Source: Anaerolineae bacterium (GTDB taxonomy: Bacteria > Chloroflexota > Anaerolineae > B4-G1 > DUEL01). Taken from it: DNA of 64,000 nt. A program made the position numbers and the translations under genes. Each line of letters begins with the position of its first letter. The first letter of the stretch is position 1. The stretch is taken from assembly GCA_036172315.1 (NCBI GenBank), contig JASFBC010000093.1, positions 27,108-91,107 of the forward strand, written 5' to 3'. Of this stretch, positions 37,045-45,580 are shown piece by piece. The notes beneath the pieces are model-generated. The model was not told the origin of the DNA. It did no database searches and saw only the letters and a program-made list of their open reading frames with translations.

Positions 37045-37647
37045 ATGTCACCCCGGAAGAGAGAGTTGCCGGAAATTCCCCCTGAACTGGTCGGTACTGT
37101 TCACATTACCCCGATAGACGCCATCTATAACTGGGCGCGCAGGCGCTCCCTCTGGCCTATCTTCTTCGGTCTGGCCTGCTGTGCTTTTGAGATGATCGGT
37201 ACCTTTGCGGCCCGCTTTGACCCCTCCCGGTTCGGGATGGAAATTATGCGGGCCAGTCCCCGTCAGGCCGACCTGATGATTATCAACGGCACCGTGACGA
37301 AAAAGATGCTCCCCCAGGTCGTCCGTCTCTACAACCAGATGCCGGAGCCCAAATACGTCCTGGTGATGGGTGCCTGTGCCATCTCCGGTGGCCCCTTTAA
37401 GGAGGGGTATAATGTCGTTTCCGGCATAGATAAGTATCTCCCGGTGGATGTCTACGTTCCCGGCTGTCCGCCCCGTCCGGAGGCGCTCCTTCATGGCTTT
37501 CTGACCATCCACGCCAAGATGGAGCGGGAGTCCCTCCGCCATCTGCGTTGGTATAAGAAGGGTGAGGCCCCGGAGTCCATCCCCGTCCCCGAACTGGGCC
37601 CTGACCTGGTGGACTGGCGGCTAACGGAGAAGATAGAGGCTTCGTAA
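37045..37647 (+). CDS. nuoB: NADH-quinone oxidoreductase subunit B
   Basis: N2 cluster cysteines CCAFEM...GACAISGG...PGCPP. ATG 37045 has RBS GGAGGAAACG, with candidate promoter TTGCGC-N17-TACAAT (36968-36996). Confidence 0.9.
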   Translation: MSPRKRELPEIPPELVGTVHITPIDAIYNWARRRSLWPIFFGLACCAFEMIGTFAARFDPSRFGMEIMRASPRQADLMIINGTVTKKMLPQVVRLYNQMPEPKYVLVMGACAISGGPFKEGYNVVSGIDKYLPVDVYVPGCPPRPEALLHGFLTIHAKMERESLRHLRWYKKGEAPESIPVPELGPDLVDWRLTEKIEAS

Positions 37648-37781
37648 TTATCAGCGTCCGCTCAGGCCAGAATTAGAGCCATTTTCCGACTTTGTCCGGG
37701 CGATTCAGGGGAAGGGAAGCCCTCGCCTGCGACAACTCCGGTATCTGCTCCGGATCTAATCCCAGTTAGTGAGGCTTACTT

Positions 37782-39545
37782 ATGGCAACCGAACGGATTT
37801 CAGGACCTGCCACCGCTATTCTCACTCACCTTCAGGAGCAATTCCCCGATGCCATACAACCCGTCCCAACGCCGTACCAGGGAGCCATCGTCGCCCGGGA
37901 CCGCTTGGTGGAGGTCGCCCGGTATCTGCGGGATGAACTGGGGTTTGTTTATCTCTCCAGCGTCACCGCAGTGGATTACCCCGAGCCGCTGAACGGGATG
38001 CCCCCCTGCTTTGACGTAGTCTACCACTTTTTCCAGGGCCGGGGGGGGCCGCTCACCCTCCATGTCCAGGTGGACCGGGAAAATCCCGTCGTCCCCTCGC
38101 TGGCTCCTCTCTTCCCCTCCGCTCTGGTCCAGGAGCGGGAGGCATGGGACCTGATGGGGGTCCGCTTTGAGGGGCATCCGGACCTGCGGCGCATTCTCCT
38201 CTGGGAGGGGTTTGACGGGCATCCCCTGCGCAAAGACTGGAAGGAAGTCTACTACGAAGAGGAGCACAAGCCCTACGGCAGCCGCTTCCCGGAGGGTCGG
38301 CCGGTGCCGGCGGAGAGCCGCAGTCCCTTCGGCGATAACCTCCGCTATCCGCCCGGATGGTCGCCGCGCGATTGGCGCCCCCTGGTGGATGTCTGGGGAT
38401 ACGCGCCCCATGATGAACTGGCCCGGCAGGAGAACCCCGACCACCCCGCCGACCGGGTGGTGCTCAATATGGGCCCCCACCACCCCTCCACGCACGGCGT
38501 CCTCCGTCTCCTGGCCACGCTGGAAGGGGAGCGGATCGTCAAACTGGAGCCGATGATGGGCTTCCTCCATCGCTGCCACGAGCAGATCGGCGAGCGCAAT
38601 ACCTGGCTGGGCAATATCCCCTACACCGACCGGCTGGACTACGTCTGCGCGATGTCCAACGAACTCCCTTACGTCCTGGCGGTGGAGAAACTGCTGGGGG
38701 TGGAGCCGCCACCGCGCGCCCAGTACATCCGGGTCATCATGGCCGAGTTCACCCGTTTTCTGAATCACGCCGTCTCCATCGGCTTCGCCGGCAACGACCT
38801 GGGCATCTACTTTACGGCGATGCTCTACGCACTGGAGGAGCGCGAACACATTCTGGACCTCTTTGAGATGGTCTCCGGCTCCCGGATGATGTGCAACTAT
38901 ATGCGCTTCGGCGGCGTGGCCCACGATATGAACGAGGAGGCATTGTCCCTGGCCCGCGCCCTGGCTTTTGAGCGACTGCCCCGTTTCGTGGACCAACTGG
39001 AGGCCTACTTCACCGACAACGAACTCTTCAAGGCCCGGGCGATCGGCGTGGGAGTGCTACCGCCGGAGATGGCTGTTGCCTACGGCTGCACCGGGCCGCT
39101 CCTGCGGGCCTCCGGTGTCCCCTACGACGTCCGCCGGGCCGAGCCCTATCTGGTCTATGACGAGTTGGATTTTGACATCGTCGTGGGCCAGAACGGCGAT
39201 GTCTACGACCGCTATCTGGTCCGGATAGGGGAGATGCGTCAGAGCCTGCGCATCCTCCAGCAGGCCCTCAACCGCCTGCCCGGGGGGCCGATTATGGCCG
39301 GGAAGAAGTCGGCGACGCTCAAGGTTCCGGCCGGGGAGTCGTATGGTCGGGTTGAGGCACCCAAAGGCGAACTGGGCTTCTACATCGTCTCCGACGGAGG
39401 CCCCAACCCGTACCGCTACCATATCCGCGCCCCCTCGTTTATCAACCTGGGGGTGATGGGGGAAATCTGCCGGGGGCATCTCATCGCCGACGTGGTCATC
39501 ATCCTGGCCAGCATTGACATCACGCTGGGGGAAGTGGACCGGTAG
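37782..39545 (+). CDS. nuoCD: NADH-quinone oxidoreductase fused subunit C/D
   Basis: 587 aa. NuoC N-half, then NuoD half with complex-I-type (Cys-less) MGPHHPSTHGVLRL and C-terminal ITLGEVDR. Confidence 0.9.
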   Translation: MATERISGPATAILTHLQEQFPDAIQPVPTPYQGAIVARDRLVEVARYLRDELGFVYLSSVTAVDYPEPLNGMPPCFDVVYHFFQGRGGPLTLHVQVDRENPVVPSLAPLFPSALVQEREAWDLMGVRFEGHPDLRRILLWEGFDGHPLRKDWKEVYYEEEHKPYGSRFPEGRPVPAESRSPFGDNLRYPPGWSPRDWRPLVDVWGYAPHDELARQENPDHPADRVVLNMGPHHPSTHGVLRLLATLEGERIVKLEPMMGFLHRCHEQIGERNTWLGNIPYTDRLDYVCAMSNELPYVLAVEKLLGVEPPPRAQYIRVIMAEFTRFLNHAVSIGFAGNDLGIYFTAMLYALEEREHILDLFEMVSGSRMMCNYMRFGGVAHDMNEEALSLARALAFERLPRFVDQLEAYFTDNELFKARAIGVGVLPPEMAVAYGCTGPLLRASGVPYDVRRAEPYLVYDELDFDIVVGQNGDVYDRYLVRIGEMRQSLRILQQALNRLPGGPIMAGKKSATLKVPAGESYGRVEAPKGELGFYIVSDGGPNPYRYHIRAPSFINLGVMGEICRGHLIADVVIILASIDITLGEVDR

Positions 39546-39647
39546 CCAGATGAATCTCCGCCTGGACGACAGACCACCGACCCCTGTCGTCTGGGGTCTG
39601 CGGTCTATGGTCTGGGGCAAATCCTGTTTCTGAAAGAGGTCAACGCT

Positions 39648-40226
39648 ATGTACATCGGATGGAATATCCTCAAAGCGCTCTGGATTACCTTCCGTCGGTT
39701 CGTGGAGTCGTATATAGACGACCTCAAGTGGCTTTTCAAAAAGGGCTTCGGGAAACGGTATACGCCGGAGACGCTGCCCATTCGTCAACACCCTCTGACC
39801 AAACGGGGCATTTTCACGGTCCAATATCCGGCGGAGCGGCTGCCGCTGCCGGAGCGCTTCCGGGGCTTCCCCTTCCTGGTCTACGACGACGAGACTGGGA
39901 AACTCCGCTGTACGGCCTGCGGGACCTGCGCGCGGGTCTGCCCGCCCCAGTGCATCTGGATTGTCCGCGCCACGGACCCCCAAACCGGCAAGCCGTTACG
40001 GGAACCGGCGGAGTTTTATGTGGACATCAGTATCTGCATGAACTGCGGCTTCTGCGCCGAATTCTGCCCCTTCAACGCGATCAAGATGGGGCATGAGGTG
40101 GAAATTGCGGCTTTTGGCCGGGCGGATTTACTGTGGAACGCGGAGAAATTGCGTCGCCCGCTCTCTTATCATGCGCAGATCCATCCGAACGATTACGCGC
40201 AGGAGCGGGGTGGGAAAGGGGAATAG
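39648..40226 (+). CDS. nuoI: NADH-quinone oxidoreductase subunit I (2x[4Fe-4S])
   Basis: CTACGTCARVCP and CMNCGFCAEFCP. Confidence 0.9.
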   Translation: MYIGWNILKALWITFRRFVESYIDDLKWLFKKGFGKRYTPETLPIRQHPLTKRGIFTVQYPAERLPLPERFRGFPFLVYDDETGKLRCTACGTCARVCPPQCIWIVRATDPQTGKPLREPAEFYVDISICMNCGFCAEFCPFNAIKMGHEVEIAAFGRADLLWNAEKLRRPLSYHAQIHPNDYAQERGGKGE

Positions 40227-40258
40227 CCCTCCGCCATACCTAGGCATGCCCGAATTTT

Positions 40259-40288
40259 TGCGGCGGCGGCCCGCAGGGCCGCCGCCGC
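40259..40288. repeat. GC hairpin element (copy 2 of 2)
   Basis: GCGGCGGCGGCCCGCAGGGCCGCCGCCGC between convergent nuoI and the aldehyde oxidoreductase gene. Confidence 0.7.
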
Positions 40289-40295
40289 ATCAGGT

Positions 40296-43022
40296 CTACT
40301 GTTTCAGCCTCAGCGGCAACTGCCGAATACGTGTCCCCACAGCATGATAGACCCCGTTGGCGACCGCCGGGGCCACCGGAATCGTCGGCAGTTCCCCGAT
40401 GCCTTTGGCTCCGTAGGGCCCCTCCGAGGTGGGGTGCTCTACAACGAATGAGAGGATTTCCGGCACATCTGCCAGCGTGGGCAGGCGGCAATCGGCCAGT
40501 TTGCGGGTGCGGGGCACACCATCCTCCAGGACGAACGCTTCCTTCAGCGCCGCTCCCAGCCCCATCACGATTCCGCCCTCAATCTGGCCTTCCAGCGCCA
40601 GCGGGTTCATAGCCCGTCCCACGTCGTGGGCGACGATCATCTTCCGCACCCGAATCGTTCCCTTCCCCTCGTCCACTTCCACCAATGCAGCGTGGGCGGC
40701 GAAACTGTAGGCCACGTAGGTGTCCCCTTCCTGGTCCACAGGCCGGGTGGGCGGCATGTCGTACCGGTGCCGGATGACGGTGGGACGCCCCTCAGCCCGT
40801 GCCCACCGGACGGCCTCCGCCAGGGGGATTTCCCCGAGTGGCGTGAAAACGGCCCCGTCCCGGAACTCCAGGGAATCCGGCGGGACGTCCAGCCGTTCGC
40901 TCACCCCGGCGGCTATCTGCTCTCGCAGCCGGACGGCCGCCAGCCGCACCGCGTTGCCGGAGACGAAGGTCTGGCGAGAGGCGGTGGTGGGGCCGCCCTC
41001 GGGAGTCCGGTCGGTATCTGGCGGGATGATCCGGACCCGCTCGCCGGGGGCTCCCAGTTCTTCGGTAACGATGGCCATCAGGACGGTCGGCAGTCCCTGC
41101 CCCATCTCCGCCGAGCCGACGCGCACCTCGGCACCGCCCTCTTCGGTCAGTTCCACCTCGGCGATCGCGAAGTCGGCGGCGCCGCCGCCCAGACCGGTGT
41201 TCTTGTAGGCCAGCGCGATACCCCAGCCGAAGGCGCGCGTGCCTTCCCGCCATCCCCAGCGAATCGGCTCCTCCGGTCCCAGCCCCTGCTCCTGCCGGAT
41301 CGCCGCCTCCACCCGGTCCAGGCACTCTTCCAGCCCCACGCTCTCCCGCAGCCGCTGCCCGGTGCAGGTGACGGAGCCCACCCGCAGGAGATTCCGCCGC
41401 CGAATGGTAATCGGGTCTATCCCCAGTTCGTGGGCCAGTTCGTCCAGCGCGCTCTCCACGGCGAAAGCGACCTGAGGGACGCCGAAGCCGCGAAATGCCC
41501 CGGCGGGCGGGTTATTGGTGTAGTAGAGATAGCCGTCAATGCGGACGTTGGGGATTTCGTACGGCCCCCCGGCGTGGCTGACGGCGCGGGCCAGGACCTT
41601 TGTTCCCAGGCTGGCGTAGGCGCCCGTATCGGCCCAGATTTCACTCTCCAGGGCGACCAGGCGGCCGTCCCGCCGGGCGCCCAACCGGACCCGGATGACG
41701 GTCGCATGCCGCTTGGGGTGCGCCAGCAGGGACTCGGCACGGCTGTAGCGGATTTTGACCGGCCGGCCGGTAGCGCGGGCCAGCAATGCGGCATGAATCT
41801 GCCCGGCGATGTCCTCCTTGCCGCCGAACCCGCCGCCCATCACCGTGGCGACCACCCGGACATCCTCCCCCAGCGCGGCGGCGATCTGGGCCCGGTCGGC
41901 ATGGGGAATCTGGGAGCCGACGTACACCTCCAACCGGCCGTCCTCGCCGCGCCGGGCGACAGCGCACTCCGGCTCCAGAAACGCGTGGTCTACTGCCGGG
42001 GTCTGGTACGTCCGCTCTATCACCACGTCCGCCCCGGCGAAACCGCGCTCCGCATCCCCCCGGCGGACGTGGAGTTCCTCCAGGAGGTTACCGGTGGGGT
42101 GGTCTTCGTGGACGCGCGGGGCATCCGGGCGGCGGGCCTGGAAGACGTCCGCCACCACCGGCAACGGCTCGTACTCCACCCGGATGCGCTCCAGTGCCTG
42201 CCGGGCGGCCTCCGGGCTCTCCGCCGCCACCAGCGCAACGGCGTCCCCCACGTAGCGGACCTTGTCGGTGCAGAGGACAGGCCAATCCCGGTGGATCAAT
42301 CCGTGCCGGTTCTCGCCGGGAACGTCCTTCCCGGTCAGGACGGCATGAACGCCGGGGAGAGTGCGGGCTTCGGAGACCTCTATCTGCCGGATGCGGGCGT
42401 GGGGGATGCCGGCCCGCAGGGCGGCGCCGTGGAGCATTCCGGGGAAGGCGAGGTCATCCGCGTAGCGGGCGGCGCCGGTCACTTTGGCCAGGGCGTCCGG
42501 GCGGGGGAGGGGGCGGCCCACCGCGCGCCCCGGCGGCCGGGTGGCGGGGATGAACAGCCCGGTATCCCGTCCGGCGGCTGCGCGGACGGCCGCCACGATG
42601 CTCCGGTAGCCGGTGCAGCGGCAGAGGTCATGGCGCATGGCGGCGAAGATTTCCTCATCGGTGGGATGGGGGTTGCGCAGGAGGAGCCCCAGCGCGGCCA
42701 TCACCATCCCCGGGGTACAGAAACCGCACTGGATTGCGCCGTAGCGGATGAAGGCTTCCTGCAGGGGGTGGAGGATGCCGCCCCGGGCGACGCCCTCAAT
42801 GGTGAGCACCTGCGCGCCCTGGGCCCGGAGGGCCGGGAAGCGGCATGAGCGGACGGGCTTGCCGTCCACCAGGACGGTGCATGCGCCGCAGGCGCCCTCA
42901 CCGCAGCCGACTTTGGTGCCGGTCAGCCCCAGGTCGGTTCGGAGGACATCGGCCAGAGTGCGGCCTTCGGACACTTCCAGGCTCACCGCCTGGCCGTTGA
43001 CGGTCATCTGGAGAAAGGGCAT
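40296..43022 (-). CDS. Molybdopterin aldehyde oxidoreductase with fused N-terminal [2Fe-2S] domain (MOP/xanthine dehydrogenase family; no FAD subunit)
   Basis: 908 aa. N-terminal ferredoxin-like GCGEGACGAC and QCGFCTPG motifs, then MoCo-binding large-subunit region. Confidence 0.85.
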   Translation of the reverse strand: MPFLQMTVNGQAVSLEVSEGRTLADVLRTDLGLTGTKVGCGEGACGACTVLVDGKPVRSCRFPALRAQGAQVLTIEGVARGGILHPLQEAFIRYGAIQCGFCTPGMVMAALGLLLRNPHPTDEEIFAAMRHDLCRCTGYRSIVAAVRAAAGRDTGLFIPATRPPGRAVGRPLPRPDALAKVTGAARYADDLAFPGMLHGAALRAGIPHARIRQIEVSEARTLPGVHAVLTGKDVPGENRHGLIHRDWPVLCTDKVRYVGDAVALVAAESPEAARQALERIRVEYEPLPVVADVFQARRPDAPRVHEDHPTGNLLEELHVRRGDAERGFAGADVVIERTYQTPAVDHAFLEPECAVARRGEDGRLEVYVGSQIPHADRAQIAAALGEDVRVVATVMGGGFGGKEDIAGQIHAALLARATGRPVKIRYSRAESLLAHPKRHATVIRVRLGARRDGRLVALESEIWADTGAYASLGTKVLARAVSHAGGPYEIPNVRIDGYLYYTNNPPAGAFRGFGVPQVAFAVESALDELAHELGIDPITIRRRNLLRVGSVTCTGQRLRESVGLEECLDRVEAAIRQEQGLGPEEPIRWGWREGTRAFGWGIALAYKNTGLGGGAADFAIAEVELTEEGGAEVRVGSAEMGQGLPTVLMAIVTEELGAPGERVRIIPPDTDRTPEGGPTTASRQTFVSGNAVRLAAVRLREQIAAGVSERLDVPPDSLEFRDGAVFTPLGEIPLAEAVRWARAEGRPTVIRHRYDMPPTRPVDQEGDTYVAYSFAAHAALVEVDEGKGTIRVRKMIVAHDVGRAMNPLALEGQIEGGIVMGLGAALKEAFVLEDGVPRTRKLADCRLPTLADVPEILSFVVEHPTSEGPYGAKGIGELPTIPVAPAVANGVYHAVGTRIRQLPLRLKQ

Positions 43023-43180
43023 CGGGGCCTCCTGGGTGGACTACGGATGACGGACGACCGACGATGGACGATGGGCGACGCCATTATATGCCGCTGTTCC
43101 GGTCATATCAACACGAGTCCTCCGTGGTCTGTGGTCATTTGACAATCCCCTCCTCCCGTGTTATACTCTCCTGTGCGCGA

Positions 43181-43254
43181 GGGCCGTTAGCTCAGTCAGG
43201 CAGAGCAGGGGCCTTTTAAGCCCTTGGTCGCAGGTTCAAATCCTGCACGGCTCA
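43181..43254 (+). tRNA. tRNA-Lys (anticodon TTT)
   Basis: Cloverleaf GGGCCGT-TA-GCTC..GAGC-A-GGGGC-CTTTTAA-GCCCT-TGGTC-GCAGG-TTCAAAT-CCTGC-ACGGCTC-A. Promoter TTGACA-N17-TATACT lies at 43138-43166; terminator CCCTCCCGCAGGGCGAACGCTGGCGGGAGGGTTTTT at 43267-43302. Confidence 0.85.
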
Positions 43255-43322
43255 CAGGCCGCACTACCCTCCCGCAGGGCGAACGCTGGCGGGAGGGTTT
43301 TTCGCATACATAAGGAGCAGGC

Positions 43323-43829
43323 ATGCCTCTGCCGGAGTGGGCCTTCTGGCTGACGCTGGGCGTTATGGTGGTGGGGCTCATCGGGACGTTGATTCCCGTT
43401 CTGCCCGGCGTGGAACTGATCTGGCTGGCCGCGCTGGTCTACGCAATTGCCGAGCGATTCGTCACGATTGACCCTCTGACCTTCACCGCACTGACCGTGC
43501 TGGCCGCCCTCGGTATCACGGCCAACATCTGGGCCGGCCACCTGGGGAGCCGTCTGGGTGGGGCATCCTGGCAGGCGCTGCTGGCCGGTTTGGGTCTTGG
43601 CGCGGTCGGATTCATCATCGGCCTGTTCGTGGGGGGCATCGGAGCCGTGCCGGGAGGACTGGTGGGGGCCCTGGCCGGGATTTTGCTGGTGGAATATCTT
43701 CGCTGGAAGGAGTGGAAGGCGGCCGCCCGCGCGGGCACTGGATGGCTGGTGGGATGCCTGCTCTCCGGCCTCATTCAGATGATTCTGGGGACGATGATGA
43801 TTCTGCTGTTCCTCTGGCAGGGGCGGTAG
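43323..43829 (+). CDS. DUF456-family membrane protein
   Basis: Four TM helices; N-terminus MPLPEWAFWLTLGVMVVGLIGTLIPVLPG is typical of DUF456. Confidence 0.7.
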   Translation: MPLPEWAFWLTLGVMVVGLIGTLIPVLPGVELIWLAALVYAIAERFVTIDPLTFTALTVLAALGITANIWAGHLGSRLGGASWQALLAGLGLGAVGFIIGLFVGGIGAVPGGLVGALAGILLVEYLRWKEWKAAARAGTGWLVGCLLSGLIQMILGTMMILLFLWQGR

Positions 43830-44466
43830 AGGCCATAAGGTGGATTCTCTGCCGGGTGACCCGGAAGAAGCCATCGGCCAGACCCAGCGCGTCCAGCACC
43901 TCCTCCGGTCGGCCCGTCGCACCCGCGCGGGCCGAAAGGCACATCGTCAGCACGATCTCCCCTGCGCGGGATTCCTCCAGAGAGAGGTCCAGAATCAACG
44001 GACGCAGGTCGTAGGGACGGCCCCGGCGCTCCCGGGGGAGCGTCTCCGCCGCCAGCAGGTCCTCTATCCGCCGCTGGATCTCTTCTGCCGGGACGGCCGT
44101 CTCCACCGTCACCGCATATTCGGCGGCCACTACCTGCGAGGGGAGGGACGGGGCACCGGGGAGAACCGTTTCTATGCTCCGTATCGTCAGTCCTTCGGGG
44201 AGGGTGGCGGTCAGGGCCTGGACGATGCGCTCCGGCTCTACCGGTCGCTCCAGCCAGAGGTCCAGCCATTCCGCTTCCGAGGCGAAGCCCAGAGGCAGCG
44301 GCGCGGCGACCTGAAGGCGGGGACGGGGCGTAAAGCCCCTGGTGTAGGCCAGGGGCAGGCCGGCTCGCCGGATGGCCCGCTCCCACACCCGCACCTGCTC
44401 CAGGTGGGAGATGTAGCGTATGGGGCCCTCTACGGCGTAGGTAATTCGCCAGCGGGTTTCGGACAC
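43771..44466 (-). CDS. DUF2344 (TIGR03936, radical-SAM-linked) protein
   Basis: RITYAVEGPIRYISHLEQVRVWERAIRRAGLPLAYTRGFTPRP matches the DUF2344 N-terminus. Confidence 0.7.
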   Translation of the reverse strand: MSETRWRITYAVEGPIRYISHLEQVRVWERAIRRAGLPLAYTRGFTPRPRLQVAAPLPLGFASEAEWLDLWLERPVEPERIVQALTATLPEGLTIRSIETVLPGAPSLPSQVVAAEYAVTVETAVPAEEIQRRIEDLLAAETLPRERRGRPYDLRPLILDLSLEESRAGEIVLTMCLSARAGATGRPEEVLDALGLADGFFRVTRQRIHLMASTAPARGTAESSSSPESSE

Positions 44467-44467
44467 G

Positions 44468-45067
44468 CTACAGTTCCCGTCGCCCTTCCAGGGCGTTGGT
44501 CAGGGTGACCTGATCGGCATATTCCAGGTCGCCCCCGACGGGAAGCCCCCGCCCCAGGCGGGTCACCCGGACTCCCAGAGGACGAAGTTTGGCGACCAGA
44601 TAGGCGGCCGTGTAATCCCCTTCGCTGGTGGGATTGGTCGCCAGGATGACTTCGCGCACTTCCCCGCCCTCCACCCGTCGCAGCAGTTCGGCGATCCGCA
44701 GATTTTCGGCGAACACCCCCTCCATCGGGGCCAGCGCGCCGTGGAGGACGTGATATAATCCCCGATAGTGCTCCGTCCGCTCAATCGCCACCACGTCCAG
44801 CGGCTCCTCCACCACACAGATGGTCGTCCGGTCGCGCGCCGGGTCGCAGCAGATGGGGCAGGGGTCCTGTTCGGTGATGTTGTAGCAGACGGAGCAGAGG
44901 CGCGTCTGGGCCCGGAGGTCCTGCAGGGCCTGGGCCAGCCGCAGCGCCAGGTCCGACTCCCCCCGCAAGAGAAAGAAGGTGAGGCGCGAGGCCGTCTTGG
45001 GGCCGATCCCGGGGAGTTCGGAAAAGGTCTCTATCAGCCGCAGGACGGAGGGCGGGAGAGCAGACAT
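44468..45067 (-). CDS. recR: Recombination protein RecR
   Basis: HhH motif (LPGIGPKTA), C4 zinc finger CSVCYNITEQDPCPIC, and Toprim domain. Confidence 0.92.
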   Translation of the reverse strand: MSALPPSVLRLIETFSELPGIGPKTASRLTFFLLRGESDLALRLAQALQDLRAQTRLCSVCYNITEQDPCPICCDPARDRTTICVVEEPLDVVAIERTEHYRGLYHVLHGALAPMEGVFAENLRIAELLRRVEGGEVREVILATNPTSEGDYTAAYLVAKLRPLGVRVTRLGRGLPVGGDLEYADQVTLTNALEGRREL

Positions 45068-45083
45068 CGGGGCAAGTACCCTT

Positions 45084-45425
45084 CTACAGCCCCAGATCCA
45101 GCCCCAGGCCGCCAGTCACTGCGCTCATCCGCTCGGCGGCGGCCTTCTCCGCCTGCTCCAGTCCCTGGTTGACGGCCGCCACGATCAGGTCCTGGAGCAT
45201 CTCCACGTCGTTGGGGTCCACGACATCGGGCTGAATCTGGAGGGATTTCAGCCGACGGTCTCCGGAGACGACAGCCGTAACGGCTCCGCCGCCGGCCGTG
45301 GCAGTGATGGTCATCGCGGCGATCTCTTCCTGCGCCTTCATCAGGTCGTCCTGGAGGCTCTGCAATCGCCGCCACATGTCGCCGGAGGCGCCGAATCCGC
45401 CGGGCATAAACCGTCTTTTTGCCAT
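45084..45425 (-). CDS. ybaB: Nucleoid-associated protein YbaB/EbfC
   Basis: 113 aa, MWRRLQSLQDDLMKAQEEI...AVTAVVSGDRRLKSLQI pattern; immediately upstream of recR. Confidence 0.88.
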   Translation of the reverse strand: MAKRRFMPGGFGASGDMWRRLQSLQDDLMKAQEEIAAMTITATAGGGAVTAVVSGDRRLKSLQIQPDVVDPNDVEMLQDLIVAAVNQGLEQAEKAAAERMSAVTGGLGLDLGL

Positions 45426-45580
45426 TGGTCCCTCCCGTGTAGCAGGACAACTTCACAGGAGTTGTCCTGCTTTTACCGAACTGTAACCGAAACGCAATTC
45501 ATATCCCGCCGGGCTGGTGTATAAGGATAACATGGAAAGGCTGATTTGGCAACAGTGCAGGGCTAAAAGGAGGTAGCCCG

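Noticed and set aside
45426-45580. SRP RNA (ffs) upstream of ybaB-recR, as in the Bacillus ffs-dnaX-ybaB-recR arrangement
   Set aside because: The conserved SRP domain IV motifs (GGAAGGAAGCAGC and similar) are absent. Only a simple hairpin (AGCAGGACAACT...AGTTGTCCTGCTTTT) is present, and dnaX is also absent here.
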